From Eledone cirrhosa (taxonomy: Eukaryota), in assembly GCA_964016885.1 (NCBI GenBank), contig OZ024743.1:74834001-74898000 (forward strand): a stretch of 64,000 bases of DNA, written 5' to 3'. The notes under the pieces are model-generated. The model was not told where the DNA came from and made no database searches. It saw only the letters and a program-made list of their open reading frames with translations. This document shows, piece after piece, positions 57,028-64,000 of this stretch; within the stretch, counting starts at the first letter, position 1; each line of letters begins with the position of its first letter. Made by a program: the position numbers and the translations under genes.

Positions 57028-59650
57028 AATATAGGACAACAGTAAGTTATATAGGACATATTGGGTTATATAGGACAACAGTAAGTTATATAGGCCCTAT
57101 TGGGTTATATAGGACAACAGTAAGTTATATAGGACATATTGAGTGATATAGGACATATTGGGTTATATAGGACAACAGTAAGTTATATAGGACCTATTGG
57201 GTTATATAGGACAACAGTAACTTATATAGGACATATTGGGTTATATAGGACAACAGTAAGTTATATAGGACATATTGGGTTATATAGGACAACAGTAAGT
57301 TATATAGGACATATTTGGTTATATAGGACATATTGGGCTATATAGGATATATTGAGTTATATAGGACCTATTGGGTTATATAGGACATTTTGGGTTATAT
57401 AACACATATTGGGTTATATAGGACATATTGGGTTATATAGGACATATTGAGTTATATAGGACATATTAGGTTATATAGGACCTATTGAGTTATATAGGAC
57501 ATATTGGGTAATATAGGACATATTGGGTTATATAGGACATATTGGGTTATATAGGACATATTGGGTTATATAGGATATATTGAATTATATAGGTCATATT
57601 GGGTTATATAGGACATATTGAGTTATATATGACATATTGGGTGATATAGGACATCTTAAGTAATATAGGACATCTTGGGTTATATAGGACATCTTGGGTT
57701 ATATAGGACATCTTGGGTTATATAGGATATATTGGCTTGTATAGAATATATTGGGTTATATAGGACATATTGTGTTATGTAGGACATCTTGGGTTATATA
57801 GGACATCTTGGGTTATATAGGACATATTGGGTTATATAGGACATATTGGGTAATATAGGATATATTGAATTATATAGGACATGCTGGGTTATATAGGACA
57901 TTTTGGGTTATATAGGACATATTGGGTAATATAGGACATATTGGGTAATATAGGACATATGGTGTTATATAGGACATATTGGGTTATATAGGACATATTG
58001 GGTAATATAGGACATATGGGTAATATAGGACATATTGTGTTATATAGGACATATTAGGTAATATAGGACATATTGTGTTATATAGGACATATTGGGTTAT
58101 ATAGGACATATTGGGTAATATAGGACATATTGTGTTATATAGGACATATTGTCTTATATAGGACATATTGGGTTATATAGGACATATTGTGTTATATAGG
58201 ACATATTGGGTAATATAGGACATATTGTGTTATATAGGACATATTGGGTTATATAGGACATATTGGGTAATATATGGCATATTGTGTTATATAGGACATA
58301 TTGGGTAATATAGCACATATTGGGTTATATAGGACATATTGAGTTATATAGGATGCATTGTATTATATAGGACATATTGGGTTATATAGGACATATTGAG
58401 TGATATAAGATATATTGGTTATATAGGACATCTTCGATTATATAGGACATATTGGGGTATATAGCACATATTCGGTTATATAGGACATCTTGGGTTATAT
58501 AGGACATATTGAGTTATATAGGACATATTGGGTTATATAGGACATATTGGGTTATATAGGACATATTGAGTTATATAGGACATATTAGGTTATGTAGGAC
58601 ATAATGAGTTATATAGGACATATTGGGTAATATAGGACATATTGGGTTATATAGGACATATTGAGTTTTATAGGACATATTGGGTTATATAGGACATATT
58701 GAGTTATATATGACATGTTGGGTTATATAGGACATATTGAGTTATATAGGATACATTGCATTATATAGGACATATTGTGTTATATAGGACATTTTGAGTG
58801 ATATAGGACATCTTAAGTTATATAGGATATATTGGCGTGTATAGGATATATTGGGTTATATAGGACATCTTGGGTTATATAGGAGATCTTGTGTTATATA
58901 GGACATATTGGGTAATATAGGACATATTAGGTAATATAAGATATATTGGGTTATATAGGACATATTGGGGTATATAGGACATATTGGGTTATATAGGACA
59001 TCTTGAGCTATATAGGACATATTGGGTTATATAGGACCTATTGGGTTATATAGGACATAATGAGTTATATAGGACATATTGAGTTATATAGGACATATTG
59101 TGTTATATAGGACATATTGAGTTATATAGGACATATTGGGTTATATAGGACATCTTGAGTTATATATGACATATTGGGTTATATTGGACATATTGGGTGA
59201 TATAGGACATCTTAAGTTATATAGGACATCTTGGGTTATATAGGACATCTTGGGTTATATAGGACATATTGAGTTATATAGGACATCTTGGGTTATATAG
59301 GACATATTGGGTTATATAGGATATATTGAATTATATAGGACATATTGGGTTATATAGGACATATTGGGTGATATAGGACATCGTAGGTTATATAGGACAT
59401 CTTGGGTTATATAGGATATCTTGGGTTATATAGGACATATTGAGTTATATAGGACATCTTGGGTTATAGAGGACATCTTGGGTTATATAGGACATATTGG
59501 GTTATATAGAACATCTTGGGTTATATAGGACATATTGGGTTATATAGAACATCTTGGGTTATATAGGACATATTGAGTTATATAAGACATATTGGGTTAT
59601 ATAGGACATCTTGGGTAATATAGGACATATTGGGTAATATGGGACATATT
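57028..59650. repeat. 19-bp minisatellite (GGACATATTGGGTTATATA)n, ~2.6 kb, starting with a 39-bp dimeric block
   Basis: 57030-57310 alternates GGACAACAGTAAGTTATATA (20 bp) with the 19-mer. Confidence 0.95.
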
Positions 59651-59651
59651 C

Positions 59652-59790
59652 ATAAGGCGGCGAATTGGCAGAGTCGTTAAAACGTCGAATAGAATGCTTT
59701 GCAGTATTCATTTCTGCTCTTGAGGTCAACTTTGCTATTCATCCATTCATGATCGATAAAAAAAAGTACCAGTCAAGTACTGGGATCGAT
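59652..59790 (+). mobile_element. Degenerate SINE (Nin/Deu-like family)
   Basis: aggcggcgaattggcaga...gaggtcaactttgct.ttcatcc...tcgataaa..agtaccag. Confidence 0.65.
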
Positions 59791-60689
59791 TCTTCCTCTA
59801 GATCTCTTTCTCACTTCCATCCTCTCACACTCCTGGGAGAAATTTACTGTACTAGAATATTTTTCAACACACTGACTCGTGTATGTGTAAATTATTTTAA
59901 ACGCATAACACAGACACACTTACAAATATACACATTCACAGACATACATTCACACAAATACACATACGTTCACACAAACACATACATACATTTATACAAA
60001 ACATACACACATACATTTACACAAACACATACATACACATGCACTCACACTTAACTGTAGTGAATGTTAGATGCTGTTTTCTGTAGTTTGTCGTCATCTC
60101 ATCCTTCCTCAGTCATCTCTAGTGTGTGACGTCATCACCCCTTCTTTCCTCAGTCATCTCTAGGTAGGGTGGACGGACGGACAGGCGGAAGTCGCTCAAA
60201 TTTATATATATATTAAGACCTGGAGAGAAGATGGACTCCGCCAGGTGTAAAAGTGCCCTAGAAACGCTGTATGTTAATAGGGCACCCTACGACTTCTCCA
60301 TTAGTTATAGGACCATACATCCATATATGCCTATATGACGTATATTAGTTTATATGACGTTGTCTGTCAGTACAGCGCCCAAATGTCTCTCTCAGGAGAC
60401 ACAGAACCATGTATACTATACATGCAAAAGTTAGAATCTATCGTGTGTAGCTGAAACGTTAGCGTGACGGACTAAATGACACCTGATAGATTTCCTACAA
60501 CTTTACCTTCTAAATTAAAATGTTGGTGCAGTCAATCTTACTTTTATCACAGCAAGAGCCGAATAAATAAAATACCAATCAAGTATTGGAATCGATATAA
60601 CTGATTGTTCACTTCTCAGATATTATAGAGCCCGGACCTATGTAAGAAATCAATTCTCTCACAAACACACACTATATATATATATATGT

Positions 60690-60779
<90 letters not shown>

Positions 60780-60781
<2 letters not shown>

Positions 60782-61095
60782 CATTTCCAGACAGCGAAGG
60801 TCCTCCTATGGTGCTGTCATGCAGCGTCTGTGCGAGACTCTGCCTCAGCAAAGCTGGACTCGAAAGTCATCTTCGCAGTCATAAAGTAAGACCAGTGGTT
60901 GACTACCAGGCTGCTGTTGGAGATGCTACTCATCATGCCTGCCAAGCATGTGGTAGAGAATGTAAATAAGCAGGAGAGTTCAAACGACATGCAAAAGTAC
61001 ATGAACTCCAACCACAGCCAGCTATTCCCAGTGAATGTTTTGGGTGCCAACTCTGTGCAAGACATTTTAGATCATTGGCTGGGCTAAAAAGCCAC
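60780..61095 (+). mobile_element. Three C2H2-type zinc fingers, probably the C-terminus of an RTE-like LINE
   Basis: CSVCARLCLSKAGLESHLRSH, CQACGRECK*...KRHAKVH (internal stop), CQLCARHFRSLAGLKSHIRSQH. No TGEKP linkers. Confidence 0.55.
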
Positions 61096-61569
61096 ATTCG
61101 ATCGCAGCACTGTTAATTGTTATCGCGCGCGTGTGTATATATATATATATATATATATATTATTACTATTATTATTGTTGTTATTATTATTCATGTTATT
61201 ATGTTGTTGTTGTTTTTTTTTTTGGGGGGGGGGGGGGGGGTCGTGCAAAGGCCACACTCGATAAGGAGGGGGCAGCCATCATGTATGTATGTATATATAT
61301 ATATATATGTATCCAGCTGTCCAACCCTTGCAACCAGGGAAAAGCGGACGTAAAATGATGATGATGATGATGATGATGATGTATATTCAGCTGTCTGGAT
61401 GTAGAGTGTTATCACAATCGGTTTGTAAATCTCAATTTATCCTTTAAATTGAGTCTTGTGAACCGTATTATCTTTAGTCAGTATTCACTTCACCCTAGCG
61501 GGTTACGTCCCTTGATTTGAATGCATATATGTATATATCTGTATTCGTCTCTCTTTATGGTATATATAT

Positions 61570-61615
<46 letters not shown>

Positions 61616-61639
61616 GTATATATATATATATATATATGA

Positions 61640-62040
61640 GTACCGGACGTAACCATAGTAAGTAAGGTACTCAATACATTAGTAGAGTGTAAACATCATG
61701 TTTAATATAGCAATGGCTTTTACAGGACTAAAAGTGCTTCATTCAAAAGAAATTATCAGGAAAGCCATATATATATGTGGCTGTCCTGTCGATAAGGATT
61801 ATATATATATATATAAACCCGTAGAGCTAATAAGAATCCAGCTTCTATAATTTTCGGCGAAAGCAGGGGAGTATGTGGCTCTGATGAACGCCAACCAGCG
61901 TTAAACAGACAAAAAAATAAACAAATAAATAAATAAACAGACTAAATAAAGATGGCGTAGGCATACAATGCAACGGGAGGAAACATAATAGCACCACTGA
62001 CGATGTTGCAGATGTGCAACGAAAGAACTTTGTTAGACTA
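61640..62040. mobile_element. Cluster of solo PLE termini with degenerate HHR motifs
   Basis: 61645-61766 resembles 11400-11513 (minus CTGATAA..GAAG..GTA). 61880-61910 has CTGATGA-acgc..gcgt. 61950-62037 is the reverse complement of 5741-5830 (CTGACGA-t-gttgca-gatg-tgcaac-GAAA). Confidence 0.7.
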
Positions 62041-62092
62041 TATATATGTGTTTGTGTTTATATTGTATCTGTATTTTTGACCGGGGGGGGGG

Positions 62093-62191
62093 GTCTGTCG
62101 GAAAGGTGCGAAACGTGTCCTCCGCTGTTCGTTGTTTTGAATATCAAAACAACGAACAGCTGAGGACACGTTTCGCACCTTTCCGACAGAC
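62093..62191. repeat. Family D fold-back palindrome, 48-bp arms with one mismatch
   Basis: Centre ttttga-ata-tcaaaa at 62142; the arms contain cGAAAC-gt-GTC. Confidence 0.85.
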
Positions 62192-62510
62192 AACCTTCCC
62201 CCCTCCCCGGAAAAAACCCCAGTTGATGGATGTGAATCCGAAATATATAGGGACAATTAAATCTCTCCCAAGGTAACTCTTTCTCGTGTTGTTATTTTTA
62301 TTTTTATCCTTTACGCTCTTTCCTTCATTCCTCTACACGTTACAGTCTTATACACGCCACGCATCTCAACGTACACCCACTTACACCTCTCTCTCCACCA
62401 CCGGATCTTGTTACCCGGGGATTTACCCATTTGCATTGTCGAGGCTTCCAAGCGACTTAAAGAAATTTACCTTATTATTCCACAATGCTTCAAGCAAACT
62501 TCAATACTCT

Positions 62511-62576
<66 letters not shown>

Positions 62577-62719
62577 TGTAATAAACAACATAAGATAATT
62601 ATTTCATTTACCAGTGGTTTCTTGAAAGCAAACAAAATTTGCTTTCAGTCATCAGAATGAAAAAATCCTGGTGCCCTGGTGTCTTTTTTCCTGGACCTTT
62701 CCGACAGAATTACTTCATT

Positions 62720-62765
<46 letters not shown>

Positions 62766-62918
62766 ATATTTTGACTGGCTTCCTAAACGTAGAGAGTCAG
62801 TGATACATGCTTTCGTTTCCGAAAAATACGGTAATGTAAGACTACTAAATAAAACTGTTGATTTGATTTGCAAATCCACCTTCAACATTATGTGGTGGTT
62901 AGTTTTATATTAATACGT

Positions 62919-63088
<170 letters not shown>

Positions 63089-63092
63089 ATAT

Positions 63093-63260
63093 TAGTGCTG
63101 AAAAGTTCCTGGCTTTGAGTAAAAGAAAATACAAGCGGAACAGTTAATTATGATTTTATTCAACATATTCCCGTCTCAGATTCACACACTTATTGCAGCG
63201 GTCGTTCAGTTTCTCTAACCCCTGTAAAAAGAACTCAAAAGGTTGGACCCCAAACCAGGC
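63093..63260 (-). mobile_element. Tc1/mariner transposon 3' end
   Basis: EFFLQGLEKLNDRCNKCVNLRREYVE* followed by TIR-like gtgctgaaaagttcctggc. Confidence 0.7.
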
Positions 63261-63432
63261 CTTTGTAGCAGTGATCAACCCAGGAACCTTTCACCACCAC
63301 CCCCTCGTATATACATACAAACACACACAGACACATGCACATACATACACGCACGCATGCACACACACATACACACACACACACACATACACATACACAC
63401 ACACTTATATGAATGTTTATATATATATACAT

Positions 63433-63496
<64 letters not shown>

Positions 63497-64000
63497 ACAC
63501 ACACATGTATACAACTTGTTGAAATCAATGGTGTCGTCATTATTAGATGTCCTCAGCAAAGCCTATTCACTAAGAAAGTTTAGCAAGATCAGGAATGGTT
63601 GATAGATATAGGAAAGGTGTTATGCCTGTTGTCTTTAGAGGCGACTTCTACTTCCATTGCATTGTTTTATAGTTTTCCAAAACACTTAGATCAGCTAAGG
63701 CTCTAGTACTCTCGAGTGGCAAATAATAATGGGAGGTGGATTAAGCTCGGGGGGATGGAAAATTGGTAACTTTTCCAGGTTGTCTCACTTGATTAAAAAA
63801 CAAACATCTTTAGTCGTTTAGTTTACATATTTGGCTCTGTAGACACCGCCCCACCCTCTCCTCTTCCCCTTCCTTTTCTTCCGTGGCCTAATAGTCCTTG
63901 CTCTTTCCTTCTTTTTCTTCTCATTTATGGCATTTATAGCCCTTTCCTCTACTTTTCTATGCAGCCAGTTCTGCCCTTCTTTACTCCTTCTCCCTTTTTT

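Noticed and set aside
57028-59650. CRISPR-like or telomeric array
   Set aside because: There are no unique spacers and no tandem TTAGGG; it is a eukaryotic minisatellite.

Overview
This is AT-rich, microsatellite-saturated animal genomic DNA. The tRNA-SINE families and repeat landscape suggest a cephalopod (octopus-like); that assignment is an inference. No host protein-coding gene is recognisable, and nearly all ORF-track entries are translations of (TA)n/(CA)n/(TATG)n. The window is a nest of mobile elements: four decayed Penelope-like elements (PLEs, one Naiad-like), three tandem R4/Dong-like LINEs in a (TAA)n tract, Dong-like ends in (CATA)n, HERO, CRE and RTE fragments, two non-autonomous Helitrons, a mariner end, many SINEs and a 2.6-kb 19-bp minisatellite. 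The main signal is non-coding. About 15 type I hammerhead ribozyme (HHR)-like motifs can be folded by eye, three with a compensatory U3:A8 core (UUGANAA). Four unrelated HHR-bearing families occur as fold-back palindromes, and in one family the arms carry copy-specific symmetric substitutions. A ~1-kb non-coding HHR-like unit occurs in two circular permutations. All structures were read manually and need computational and experimental confirmation.
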